Shown one piece after another: positions 10,267 through 19,859 of a stretch of 64,000 nucleotides of DNA. The first letter of the stretch is position 1; every line of letters starts with the position of its first letter. The notes beneath the pieces are model-generated. The model did no database searches and was not told the DNA's origin. It was given only the letters and a program-made list of their open reading frames with translations. This DNA comes from a virus: positions 32,001 to 96,000 of IMG/VR virus record IMGVR_UViG_3300005573_000004; one strand, 5' to 3'. A program made the position numbers and the translations under genes.

Positions 10267-13262
10267 TTATCATCTCCTTCCTGCAATTTTCTTAACTCTT
10301 CCTCTAAAGCCTTTTTCTCTTCTAAACATTTTGGACATACGCTATGCTCTCCTGAAATATACCCGTGTTTTGGACAAATACTAAATGTAGGCGTAATTGA
10401 TATATAGGGTAAATTATATTTTTCAAATATTTTCTTTACCAACAATTTTGCTTGCTTTGCTACTAATCTTTCTCCGGTATATATGTGCAATACCGTTCCA
10501 CCAGTATATGAAGATTGAATTTTATCTTGGTGTTCAAGTACTGTTGCTATATCATTTGTGAAATTAACTGGTAGCATAGTTGAATTAGTAAAGTATGGAG
10601 TATCTTTACCAGAAGTAAAAATTTTAGAACTCCGTCTTTTAGCAGCAAGAGCTAATTTATAAGATGCTCCTTCAGCTGGAGTAGCCTCTAGATTATAAAA
10701 GTTTTTAGTTTCATTTTGAAATTCTAATAATTTTTTATTCATAAATGCTAATACTCTTTCAGCTAATTTTTTACCTTCTTCGGTTTCATATTTAATTCCT
10801 AACATTTGTGCCGCTTCATACATTCCAATTATACCTATAGTTGAAAAATGGTTTGCCCAATACCGACCATCACGTAACTTTACGTTTTTTAGATAATGCT
10901 TTGAATAAGGATATAGTCCTTTCTCAGTTAATTCTTCTAATACCTTTCTTTTTGCTTCCAATGCTTCTTTTGCAATTATCATATATTTCTCTATGCCTGT
11001 AAAAAATTTATCAATAGAACCATTAGCATCATAAGCAATCATCGGTAAACTCAAAGTTATAACACCAATACTTCCTGTTAATGACCCAGACCCAAATAAT
11101 CCTCCACCACGTTTATGTAATTCCTTTAATGATAGTCTTAATCTACAATTGTGCGTAAGAGTTCCGACTCTACCTACTGTAAATAAATGGTCATCTGTAT
11201 CTACTTCTAAACAATAAGCATCTTCAATACGATCTAAATCTTTAATTGATTCTATACGTATCCATAATTTGTTTTCACGTTTAAATACTATGTCTTTACT
11301 GTATTTTTTATTTGATTGGTATAATGAAACAGTATATTTTGTTTTTGAAAAAATATTTTTATTAGTAACATTTTCTACAAACGTAGTAGTTCCTAAAGAT
11401 GCGGCTATTAAATTCAACATTTCTACCATCTTAGATGAAGATGTATGAATTTTGTCTCCGCCATATGTATCAAAATGTCCATCAATCAGTCCTTGTCTAA
11501 ACTCAGCAGAAGTATTCAATACTGATGGAAGATAGTATTTATCTTGTCTAATTCCACCTACATAATCTCTACATAGACCAACTGCAGCTTTGGATTTAAT
11601 ATTTAAACTAATAGAATTTCCAGAATCATTTACATTAACTTCTGATCCCCATAAATTTTTTGAAATTATAAAATCGCGTATTTTTTGTAATATCTTTGAA
11701 CTTATATTTTTATTTAATATAAAAGTTAAACTGGAGTCTCCTTGACAGAATCCTGATCCAGCATAACATCCGACAAAATATCCTAATTCATATGTACCAC
11801 CATCTCCTGGTAGGACCTCCAACGAATATGGTAGATACATTCCAGGTTTTAACTCATTTGTAGGTAGTGTAATAGATTTTTTACTTTTATTATTTTGCAT
11901 TACCAAATTAGCGTGGTCGTTGGATGTAACTAGTTTATGTCCGTTTGCTAAAGTAATTTCAACCATTTTTTTACCTTCAAATTTATTTACCCTTGCAGGA
12001 ACGTATTTATTACCAGATAGTACTTGAATTTCTTTTCCACTATAAGAGTTATAATATAAATCTTTTATTGTAGATATTTTTACACCATAGTCGCCTTTAG
12101 ACTTGTAAACTATCAATTCATTCTTTTCTAAAGGACACATTGACCTAGCATCCTCTGGACTTAAGTCTGAATTAATAAAATTTGCAAAATATGGAAGTCC
12201 ATATTTCGCCGTTGCTTCCCATAAGATATCTAAATTTGGATTATCCCAATCAAAATTTTTATCTATATTTATAGTTGGAATAGGAAAAGTAAATATTCTT
12301 CCGTGTGCATCTCCTTCTATCATAACTTCAAAGAACGCTCTATTAAACATATCCATCTCTTTCTGAAATTCCTTAAAAGTCTCTTTTTGATATTGTCCAC
12401 CAATTATTACTGGTTGATCCGCTAAATGTTTTGGAACTACTAAATCTAAGGTTATATTACTAAAAGGTGTTTGCCCACCAACTCTTGTCGGTACGTTCAT
12501 ATTGAATACAAAATTCTGCATAGCTTGTTTTACTTCTTTATAAGTCAATTTGTCATAATAAATAAATGGAGCTAAATATGTATCAAAATTTGAAAAAGCT
12601 TGAGCTCCACTAGATTCGTTTTGTAATGTAAATATGAAATTAACTGCTTGTCCTAATGCTGTATCAAAATGTTTTGGAGGTGCTGAATACACCTTTCCTG
12701 GAACGCCTCCAAATCCTTGAAGTAGTAAGTCCTGAATATCCCAACCTACACAATACACTGAAAACGAGTCTAAATCGTGAATATGCATATATCCCTCTTT
12801 ATATGCAGTTGTAGCCTTTTGCGGATAATATAATTCCAACCATTGTTTTTCAATTACCGCTCTAACTATGGCGTTATTAAGACCTTGTAACGAATAACTC
12901 ATATTTGCATTTTCATTTATTTCCCATGAGTCTTTATTTATGTATTTTGTAAAAACTTGTCTTAGTCCAGCTGGAGTTTGTATAGCATTTTGTAGTTGAC
13001 GCTGATATCTGTATTTTATATAAGCCCTAGCTACATGAAATAATTTATTTGACATAAGTACATCTTCTATGGTTTCTTCTACTTCATCTTTTGAAATTAT
13101 TTCTTTTTCCAAATTTTTTAATTTTTGAGTAACTTTGTCCGCCAATTCTTTAACCATATCTGGTATTAGTACATTTCCAGATGCTTGAAAGGCTTTTTCA
13201 ATTGATTCTACAACCAAAGCTTTGTCGTATTCTACTATTCCGCGTTTAGTTTCTATTTTCAT
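10263..13262 (-). CDS. nrdD: Class III anaerobic ribonucleoside-triphosphate reductase large subunit with ATP cone and intein; lacks the C-terminal glycyl-radical domain
   Basis: ATP cone, HIHDLD, FTFPIPT, SMC/CRL active site, EATPAEG, YTGGTV and the Zn site CPKHG...CPKC are present; there is no YSRVVGY loop before the stop. Confidence 0.95.
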   Translation of the reverse strand: MKIETKRGIVEYDKALVVESIEKAFQASGNVLIPDMVKELADKVTQKLKNLEKEIISKDEVEETIEDVLMSNKLFHVARAYIKYRYQRQLQNAIQTPAGLRQVFTKYINKDSWEINENANMSYSLQGLNNAIVRAVIEKQWLELYYPQKATTAYKEGYMHIHDLDSFSVYCVGWDIQDLLLQGFGGVPGKVYSAPPKHFDTALGQAVNFIFTLQNESSGAQAFSNFDTYLAPFIYYDKLTYKEVKQAMQNFVFNMNVPTRVGGQTPFSNITLDLVVPKHLADQPVIIGGQYQKETFKEFQKEMDMFNRAFFEVMIEGDAHGRIFTFPIPTINIDKNFDWDNPNLDILWEATAKYGLPYFANFINSDLSPEDARSMCPLEKNELIVYKSKGDYGVKISTIKDLYYNSYSGKEIQVLSGNKYVPARVNKFEGKKMVEITLANGHKLVTSNDHANLVMQNNKSKKSITLPTNELKPGMYLPYSLEVLPGDGGTYELGYFVGCYAGSGFCQGDSSLTFILNKNISSKILQKIRDFIISKNLWGSEVNVNDSGNSISLNIKSKAAVGLCRDYVGGIRQDKYYLPSVLNTSAEFRQGLIDGHFDTYGGDKIHTSSSKMVEMLNLIAASLGTTTFVENVTNKNIFSKTKYTVSLYQSNKKYSKDIVFKRENKLWIRIESIKDLDRIEDAYCLEVDTDDHLFTVGRVGTLTHNCRLRLSLKELHKRGGGLFGSGSLTGSIGVITLSLPMIAYDANGSIDKFFTGIEKYMIIAKEALEAKRKVLEELTEKGLYPYSKHYLKNVKLRDGRYWANHFSTIGIIGMYEAAQMLGIKYETEEGKKLAERVLAFMNKKLLEFQNETKNFYNLEATPAEGASYKLALAAKRRSSKIFTSGKDTPYFTNSTMLPVNFTNDIATVLEHQDKIQSSYTGGTVLHIYTGERLVAKQAKLLVKKIFEKYNLPYISITPTFSICPKHGYISGEHSVCPKCLEEKKALEEELRKLQEGDDK
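11148..12134 (-). mobile_element. Intein (about 329 aa) in NrdD with degenerate LAGLIDADG homing endonuclease
   Basis: Insertion between RSMC and CRLRL, ending ...TLTHN|C; block B TSNDH; LAGLIDADG-like LGYFVGCYAGSG and GLIDGHFDTYG, both lacking the catalytic acidic residue. Confidence 0.9.
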
Positions 13263-13271
13263 AGTTCCTCC

Positions 13272-14624
13272 TTAACCTAGATTTGATTCATCCCATAGCC
13301 CTTTAAGTGTGGGATTATCTTTAATTGACATAAGGGATGTTATATTAAAATCTTTCATTAGTTCAAATGAATCATTGGACCCATAACGGGATATTACACG
13401 GAAACGTAATGGAGAAACATTCAAACTATCTGGTTGGTCGTTCTGAATTACAAATAAGACATCTGCAGTTTGATACCAAACAAATGACCTTCCTATTGAT
13501 TCTCCACCTACTTCAAAATTATTTTTAGCATCATCTTGACTTTGTTTAAATGCTTTTTTAATACGAGCTTCATCGTTCTTACGTTGTACAGCAGCTAAAA
13601 CCGTAATATGATGTTTCCTTGCTATTTCTCTTAAATCTTCTGCTATATGTGCCTGATCTAAATGATCTTTGCCTGAAGGTATATTTGGACGCATCATAGT
13701 TCCGTGGTCAACTACTATTACATCATATTTTATCCCTGTCCTTAATTGCTGTTCTTCTAACTGTGCTTGAATAAAATCCGGAGTGCAACCTCCAAGAGTA
13801 TCAATAATAGTCAATTTTCCCCAATTATTTTCAATTTCATATTTAACTTGAGATAATTTTTGTAAGTCTTCTTGCGTCAATGTATGTTTTTCTAACGATG
13901 AATACGGAATTTTAGAAAAACAACTCATACATAAATTTACGTATTGATCTCTTGGAACTTCCAAAGTAAAAATTAAAACATTTACTTTTTGTTTAACCAT
14001 TCCACACGCCCAATTAATTAAAGTCCTTGTTTTTCCGATTTTTGGTAATGCAGCAACTAATACAAGCCATTCTGGTCTAAACCCGCCGACAAGGTCATCT
14101 ATTTCTGGATATCCAGTCATTATAGATTTAATATTTTTCTGAATTTTATAATTTTCAATAACATTTCCAACTTCTGAATTTAAATCAATAGTAAGTCGTT
14201 GTGTTGTTTCTATTTGAGCTAAATTTTGAATTATTTTCTTTATATTATTTTCTGCACTAGTTGGATCTGAACTTCTAAGGTTTATTAAAGTAGATTGCAA
14301 TCCCTGCTCAATTATCACCGATTTTTTCTTTGTTCTTAATTGGTCGGCTAAGAATTCTATATGCAATTCACTTAATTCATCTGGATTAAACTTAACATAT
14401 TCATCAATTATAGCTTCTGGAGTTTGCAATTGTGCCAATTTTAATTTTAAAGCTTCTGAAGAAATCGGTTTATTATATTCTCTAAAATAATCAAACATGA
14501 CTCTAGCAACAGTTTGATTGGCCGGTGTCATAAAATATGTAACATCTATCCCTAACGATATCAGTTCTCGCATACTATCTGGAGAATATAATAAAAAATG
14601 AATCGTTAATTTTTCTATATCCAT
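13272..14624 (-). CDS. dnaB: Replicative DNA helicase (DnaB family)
   Basis: TGYPEIDDLVGG, Walker A ALPKIGKT, FTLEV, IVVDH, AAVQ and ADVL motifs. Confidence 0.88.
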   Translation of the reverse strand: MDIEKLTIHFLLYSPDSMRELISLGIDVTYFMTPANQTVARVMFDYFREYNKPISSEALKLKLAQLQTPEAIIDEYVKFNPDELSELHIEFLADQLRTKKKSVIIEQGLQSTLINLRSSDPTSAENNIKKIIQNLAQIETTQRLTIDLNSEVGNVIENYKIQKNIKSIMTGYPEIDDLVGGFRPEWLVLVAALPKIGKTRTLINWACGMVKQKVNVLIFTLEVPRDQYVNLCMSCFSKIPYSSLEKHTLTQEDLQKLSQVKYEIENNWGKLTIIDTLGGCTPDFIQAQLEEQQLRTGIKYDVIVVDHGTMMRPNIPSGKDHLDQAHIAEDLREIARKHHITVLAAVQRKNDEARIKKAFKQSQDDAKNNFEVGGESIGRSFVWYQTADVLFVIQNDQPDSLNVSPLRFRVISRYGSNDSFELMKDFNITSLMSIKDNPTLKGLWDESNLG

Positions 14625-14649
14625 TATTAGATGACTCCTTTCAGGATTT

Positions 14650-15330
14650 TTAACTATTTCTTGCGTTTGGCCTAAAATTTACTCCTACTACTTCTGATAT
14701 CCATTGAGGTGAAAGCATTGCTGATAAAACTGGAAATTTTACTACTAAATCTCTATAATCTCTGGATGAAACAAGAATAGTTGGCATCTTATTTCCATAT
14801 CTCGGTTTAATTATCTTCTCTAATAAATCTTGGGCGTATTGAGAAGTGCTGTTAATGTTAAGTTTGTCTTTTCCTAAATCATCTATAACTAAAAAATCTA
14901 CAGAGCGTAATTTTTCTATTAGTTCATCGTCTACAATATTGCCATCTACTAAATCCGTCCAAATAATATATAAACACGTATAATCCTTTTTCAAAGCTTC
15001 TTTTAAAATTAGTGAAGCTGCAAGTGTCTTTCCTACGCCAACATCCCCATAAATTAACCAAAGCGTTCCGTCTTGTCTATGCTTATGTATGTTTTTCATA
15101 TAAGCTTCAACATCCCTAGTAAACTGAACGTGCTTAATATGCTGCACTTGTGGTTGAAAATCTTTAAACGTTAAAGACCAGTACGCTCTCTGAATTCCTG
15201 CTTCTAAAAATTTTTGTTCTCTAATTTTTTGTTTAAGTTGCTGACCTGCTATGCAATCACAATAAGCTACAAATTTGTTGTTTCCATCTGTAATATAACC
15301 TGTATCATGACATTTTATACAGTTACTCAC
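14650..15330 (-). CDS. DnaC/IstB-like helicase loader ATPase with N-terminal Zn motif
   Basis: CxxC...CxC N-terminus, Walker A GDVGVGKT, LVIDDLGKD, and R...PTILVS; adjacent to dnaB. Confidence 0.85.
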   Translation of the reverse strand: MSNCIKCHDTGYITDGNNKFVAYCDCIAGQQLKQKIREQKFLEAGIQRAYWSLTFKDFQPQVQHIKHVQFTRDVEAYMKNIHKHRQDGTLWLIYGDVGVGKTLAASLILKEALKKDYTCLYIIWTDLVDGNIVDDELIEKLRSVDFLVIDDLGKDKLNINSTSQYAQDLLEKIIKPRYGNKMPTILVSSRDYRDLVVKFPVLSAMLSPQWISEVVGVNFRPNARNS

Positions 15331-15901
15331 GATGACTCTCCTTGTATAAATGATATAGTTTTCTTTTTAATGATAGTATACGAATTATACTATATTTCAT
15401 GTGTTTGTCAAGCTTTATCTTACATAATTTTAAATATAATTTATTTAAAACATCTGGAGATTGAACATCTGTCATGCTAGCAACTATTATTGCTTTTCCT
15501 TCAGGTTTTAATCTATAAAATAAAGATTTCTTGTCTATACTTACTGGAGTGCCTAATAAAAATTTTCTTATTAACGAGAGCGACTGATAATAAATTCCGT
15601 GTGAATATTTCGGATTTCCAGCATCTAACGAAACTATCAAGATAATATGTCCACTATGTATTTTTACATCAAAATGAAATGCACTAGTAGGAACAACAAC
15701 TACATTAAAGTCGTATGATAACGGCACTAAATCAGATATTCCAATATGATATATGTTTTTAACTTTTATTTGTTTAATTGCATCTGGTTTAACAGCATCT
15801 ATAAATTTTTTAATAGCTAAACTTGGATAATGTCTTTTATAAATAGGTTCATCTGGATTAACAAGATAAAGACATACTTTATGTTTAATAATTTGTGCCA
15901 T
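15323..15901 (-). CDS. hypothetical protein
   Basis: ORF in the minus-strand operon. Confidence 0.55.
   Translation of the reverse strand: MAQIIKHKVCLYLVNPDEPIYKRHYPSLAIKKFIDAVKPDAIKQIKVKNIYHIGISDLVPLSYDFNVVVVPTSAFHFDVKIHSGHIILIVSLDAGNPKYSHGIYYQSLSLIRKFLLGTPVSIDKKSLFYRLKPEGKAIIVASMTDVQSPDVLNKLYLKLCKIKLDKHMKYSIIRILSLKRKLYHLYKESHRE
15384..15411 (-). promoter_or_regulatory. Sigma70-type promoter for the dnaC-dnaB-nrdD genes
   Basis: TTGACA-16 nt-TATAAT (both hexamers consensus) on the minus strand, about 50 nt upstream of the DnaC-like start. Confidence 0.65.
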
Positions 15902-15913
15902 AAGTTTTCTGCC

Positions 15914-16552
15914 TCACTTTACTATGACTAAGGTATCTGATTGTGGGCTTAATTCAATTTGTACTGTTAAATCAAACTTTTCAAGAAGGTCTAATATTTT
16001 TGCTGAAATAATATCTCTGTTCTTACAAATAAAATACCAATTTCCATATTCATCTGTGAATAATGCTGAAAAATATTTTCCTAGTATTTTACTATTTTTA
16101 TCCAATAATCTGGATAAGCGTTCACTAGTTGTAGTATATGGCAATGTTAGAGAATGAAATAATGTATTCCCAATAAATAATTTATCAACATAAGTATTAT
16201 CATAAAATACATATTTATGGTTAAATGAGCCTGTTTCTTTTTCTGGTAGTCCTCCTAGAATATAAAATACATAACGTTCGTCTACTATATTACCTTTAAC
16301 CCATGTAAAAAGTATTCCATCTTTTACTGCTCCAGAAACAATAGTTCCGTTATAGTTTAAATAAGATGCCATTTTCTTTTTAACTTCTAGATTTTTTTCT
16401 TTAGATAATTTTAAATTATAAAATCTAGGGTCCAGAAAATACATTTCTCGTTGAACAGGAGACATAGATGGTAAATTTTTCTCAATTATAGGTTGTATTA
16501 GTAATGGTTTTTTCTCTCTGTTGTAAGCTGCTAATAAATCCAAATATTCCAT
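15914..16552 (-). CDS. hypothetical protein
   Basis: ORF abutting the helicase gene. Confidence 0.6.
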   Translation of the reverse strand: MEYLDLLAAYNREKKPLLIQPIIEKNLPSMSPVQREMYFLDPRFYNLKLSKEKNLEVKKKMASYLNYNGTIVSGAVKDGILFTWVKGNIVDERYVFYILGGLPEKETGSFNHKYVFYDNTYVDKLFIGNTLFHSLTLPYTTTSERLSRLLDKNSKILGKYFSALFTDEYGNWYFICKNRDIISAKILDLLEKFDLTVQIELSPQSDTLVIVK

Positions 16553-18367
16553 TCACTCCACCTTGATAGTTTTTGATAATCTACTTAAACTAACATTATA
16601 CTTCGGAAATACTTTATCAGATTCACGTTCTTTAGTTTCAATGATTTTTATAATTCTCTCTTCAATAGTTCCAAGAGTAACTAAATTGTAAATATATAAT
16701 TTGGGTGCTGTATTGTTTGATCTATCAATTCTTCCTATGCGTTGTTCTAAATCAGCACTAGACCAAGGTAAATCAAAATTAACAATCGTATCACAGGTAT
16801 ATAAATTATGGGCTCTGGACAAACTATCAGTTCCAAGAAGTATATTAACATCTCCTTCTACAAATTCAAAAATCTCTTTCTTAATCATCTTGCAATATCT
16901 ATATTTTGGGCACTCATTACATTTTGCTATCATTGGATATTTACAACCACGTGCCGAATCTCCAGTTACAACTTTTACAGCATATGTTGGTGAAAGAATT
17001 TTTGCAAGCAATTCTACAGCGGTTTTAAAGAAACTAAATACAACTATTTTTTTCTTCTGTAAATCTACTACCTGATGAATTATTTCTTTTAGTTTATCTA
17101 TTTTATTTGTTGAGTCTTCTATGCTTATATTTGGATATAACAAATATGATTTAGTTTTTGGTCTTCCATGAGAATCAAATATTGGATTACCTTCTAGGTC
17201 TAAAACTGGACGAACTTCTGATACTATAGCTAAAGTATTACAAATCTGACGAAGTATAGTGCCGCTTTCAAATGCAGTCCTTTCTCCACTTTCAATCTCT
17301 TGTTTAATTCTATCCAATTCTTTTTGCTGCAATGGAGTTAATGGAACTGGAAATGAAATCATCTCTTTTGGTTTAACTTCCATAACATCCTTTTTGACAA
17401 TAAAAACTGTCCAAGGAAAAATTTTTCGTTTAATCTCTTCTTCTGCTCCTGGTTTTAATCCTCTTGGATTATTAAATATATCCAATTGTAAATATCTATC
17501 TGAAAAATTCTGTTTACTAGTAAATATATTTGGGTTTATAGTTTTCATTATTCCATACAGATCATAATAATTAGTAACTATTGGTGTAGCTGACAAACCA
17601 TATTTGTATGGTGCATCTAATTCTGATACCCCCTTAAACACATCAGTTGAAATATTTTTTATTTTTGTTATTTCATCAAATAATAAGACAGTCCAATTTT
17701 TGGGAAGATTTTTAAATTCTATTTTTACTGTATCATAAGATGCAATCCAAAGCCAGTATTTGTTCATATCTGCCTTCCCGTATTGAATCCGTCTAGCACG
17801 TTCTTCCGCATTTCCTTCAATAATCAAAAAATCTTTTAAGTCTGTAAATTTTAAAATAGTGTCTATCCAAGGTTTATGAATTTGATTTGATTCGCATACT
17901 ATTAAAACTTTAGCATCAACAAGTTCTTTAAGTTTTAAAATTGTATATAAAGACATAACAGTCTTTCCAAGTCCAACTGGAACGACCAATAAACATTTAT
18001 GCATCAACAACATCTGAGAAATAATACTATACTGATAATTGTATTTTTCTTCTAATTCATTCTTAAACAAACTAGGCTTTGTAATATTAAATGATTTAAT
18101 TTCATTGTTTTTTAATTTTTTAACAATTTCTACTTTTGTAGTAAAATCAATGTATGCCTTTTCTACAACTGGATCTAATTCTACGTGCTCTTGTATTTTA
18201 TTAGCGTATTCCAAAATATCTGCAATCTCCGTAATAGGATATGCCCAAATTTTTTCTAATCTAAAATATACACGTGATGGACTCTTTGGTAACCATTTAT
18301 TAACTAAATAATTATCAGATATTACTTTGCAAAATTCTGGATTAGCACTATGTTCTAGTTTTATCAT
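16553..18367 (-). CDS. SNF2/SF2 helicase
   Basis: VPVGLGKT, FDEITKIKN, GLSATP, NFDLPWS and EQRIGRIDR motifs. Confidence 0.88.
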   Translation of the reverse strand: MIKLEHSANPEFCKVISDNYLVNKWLPKSPSRVYFRLEKIWAYPITEIADILEYANKIQEHVELDPVVEKAYIDFTTKVEIVKKLKNNEIKSFNITKPSLFKNELEEKYNYQYSIISQMLLMHKCLLVVPVGLGKTVMSLYTILKLKELVDAKVLIVCESNQIHKPWIDTILKFTDLKDFLIIEGNAEERARRIQYGKADMNKYWLWIASYDTVKIEFKNLPKNWTVLLFDEITKIKNISTDVFKGVSELDAPYKYGLSATPIVTNYYDLYGIMKTINPNIFTSKQNFSDRYLQLDIFNNPRGLKPGAEEEIKRKIFPWTVFIVKKDVMEVKPKEMISFPVPLTPLQQKELDRIKQEIESGERTAFESGTILRQICNTLAIVSEVRPVLDLEGNPIFDSHGRPKTKSYLLYPNISIEDSTNKIDKLKEIIHQVVDLQKKKIVVFSFFKTAVELLAKILSPTYAVKVVTGDSARGCKYPMIAKCNECPKYRYCKMIKKEIFEFVEGDVNILLGTDSLSRAHNLYTCDTIVNFDLPWSSADLEQRIGRIDRSNNTAPKLYIYNLVTLGTIEERIIKIIETKERESDKVFPKYNVSLSRLSKTIKVE

Positions 18368-18402
18368 GTCTTTTTCCTCGTATACTTAATTTTTAAACAG
18401 GT

Positions 18403-18440
18403 CCTACTGTATATATACGACAAATTTTGGTATTTTTATG
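18403..18440 (-). promoter_or_regulatory. Phage-specific promoter-like motif, copy 2
   Basis: Minus strand CATAAAAATACCAAAATTTGTCGTATATATACAGTAGG, about 35 nt upstream of the SNF2 start. Confidence 0.65.
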
Positions 18441-18495
18441 AAAAAATTTTTTAAATTTTAATTTTTTCTTATGTTACGAAAACAACGAAAGATAA

Positions 18496-18637
18496 CGAAA
18501 ATACTCCGAAAGAGTAAAAATTTGATAGGTCAAAACTCATGTTTTACACCGCTTTTTTATAGATTAAAGAGTGTTTGATAGGTCAAAACTCTTATTTTAT
18601 ACCGCACTAATTTTTATCAAATTCAATGCGGTGTGAA
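18496..18637 (+). repeat. 142-bp direct repeat, copy A (downstream of tnpB)
   Basis: Matches 19860-20001 at 126/142 positions by manual comparison; contains two 32-bp iterons at 18521-18552 and 18574-18605. Confidence 0.95.
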
Positions 18638-18790
18638 CTACTTCTGCCTAAAGGCAGAGGCTTCAAGTGACACACTATTTGGAGAAAGATTGGAAGGATT
18701 GTCACTTAGGCTCGTTCCGAGCCTTAATATATTTAAAGCTGAATTAAAATCTCTATCTAAGGAGCAGTTACAATGAGGACAATTATGAAT
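18613..18790 (-). ncRNA. Predicted TnpB omegaRNA (scaffold overlapping the tnpB 3' end plus guide)
   Basis: IS200/IS605-type right end GAAGCCTCTGCCTTTAGGCAGAAGTAGTTCAC (hairpin then TTCAC, ending at 18633) followed by guide ACCGCATTGAATTTGATAAA. The 5' boundary is approximate. Confidence 0.6.
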
Positions 18791-19792
18791 ACGAATATCA
18801 AGAGTTTTAGGAACTACTTTTCCACATTGGCTACAAATCTGAGATGTATCTTTGGCTGGAACTTTAACTATTGTTCTACCAGCTTCTGCCGCTTTATAGG
18901 ACAAAATGTTAAAGAACTGAAACCAGGCTACATCTCTCATGCTCCTATTAAGATTTCTAAAACTTGTAAAAGCATTCATTTTTTCGTGACAAATAGTATC
19001 ATAATTATCTACATAATATCTAGCAACTTTATGATGAAAATCAAGACGTTGATTAGCGACCTTCTCATGAACTTTACTCAAAAGCAATTTAGTTTGTTTG
19101 TATTTATTAGAACCTTTGACTTGTTTAGAAAGTTTCTGTTGAAGTTTTTTAATTTTCTCAAAAGATTTATTCAACCATCTTGGATTTTCAATCTTTTTTC
19201 CTTCACTATCTGTAAGAAAACTTTCACAACCTACATCTATTCCAATTGCTTTATTAACCTTTGGAAGAACTTTAGGAGTTATATTATCACAAACAAAACT
19301 AATATACCATTTTCCAGTACTAGTTCTGCGGATAGTAACTGTTTTGATTTTGGCCTCTTTAGGAATTTGTCTATGAAACCTAATTTTGAATATACCTATT
19401 TTAGGAATATTCAAAACAGAACCTTCCAAAGACCAACTTGCTTGTTTAAGAGTAAAGGAATCATATCTATTAGTTCCTTTAAACCTTGGAAATCCTGGAT
19501 TTTCTCCTTTTTTGACTCTATTAAAAAAATTTTGATAAGCTCTATCAAGACGTTCTATAACATCTTGGAGACTTTGAGAAGGAATTTGTTTAAATTCAGG
19601 ATAATATTGTTTGAGTTCCGGAAGTTGTTTTATTTGATCAAATTTAGAAATAGACTTCCTATGGAGCTTCCAAGCATTAATTCTTTGACTAAGACAAAGA
19701 TTATATACTTGGCGACAAAGTTCAAGGACTATATTTGTTTGTTTCTCTGTTGCCTGATTGATATAGGCTCTGAATTTATATGTCTTTTTCAT
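18638..19792 (-). CDS. tnpB: RNA-guided endonuclease TnpB (IS200/IS605 OrfB), solo with no tnpA
   Basis: KTYKFR N-terminus, GFPRFK, RuvC-I GIDVG, RuvC-II ICHEK, Zn finger CSQC/CPHC and RuvC-III DRDFNSALNI; catalytic D/E/D all present. Confidence 0.95.
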   Translation of the reverse strand: MKKTYKFRAYINQATEKQTNIVLELCRQVYNLCLSQRINAWKLHRKSISKFDQIKQLPELKQYYPEFKQIPSQSLQDVIERLDRAYQNFFNRVKKGENPGFPRFKGTNRYDSFTLKQASWSLEGSVLNIPKIGIFKIRFHRQIPKEAKIKTVTIRRTSTGKWYISFVCDNITPKVLPKVNKAIGIDVGCESFLTDSEGKKIENPRWLNKSFEKIKKLQQKLSKQVKGSNKYKQTKLLLSKVHEKVANQRLDFHHKVARYYVDNYDTICHEKMNAFTSFRNLNRSMRDVAWFQFFNILSYKAAEAGRTIVKVPAKDTSQICSQCGKVVPKTLDIRIHNCPHCNCSLDRDFNSALNILRLGTSLSDNPSNLSPNSVSLEASAFRQK

Positions 19793-19859
19793 TTAGTTTC
19801 TCCAAATAGTGTTTATAGCTTTTGTTTATTTAGACAACTTTATGTCAAAAAAGTTTCGG

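Noticed and set aside
18638-19792. Nuclease-dead TldR-type TnpB
   Set aside because: All three RuvC catalytic positions (GID, HEK, DRD) are retained, so inactivity cannot be claimed from sequence.
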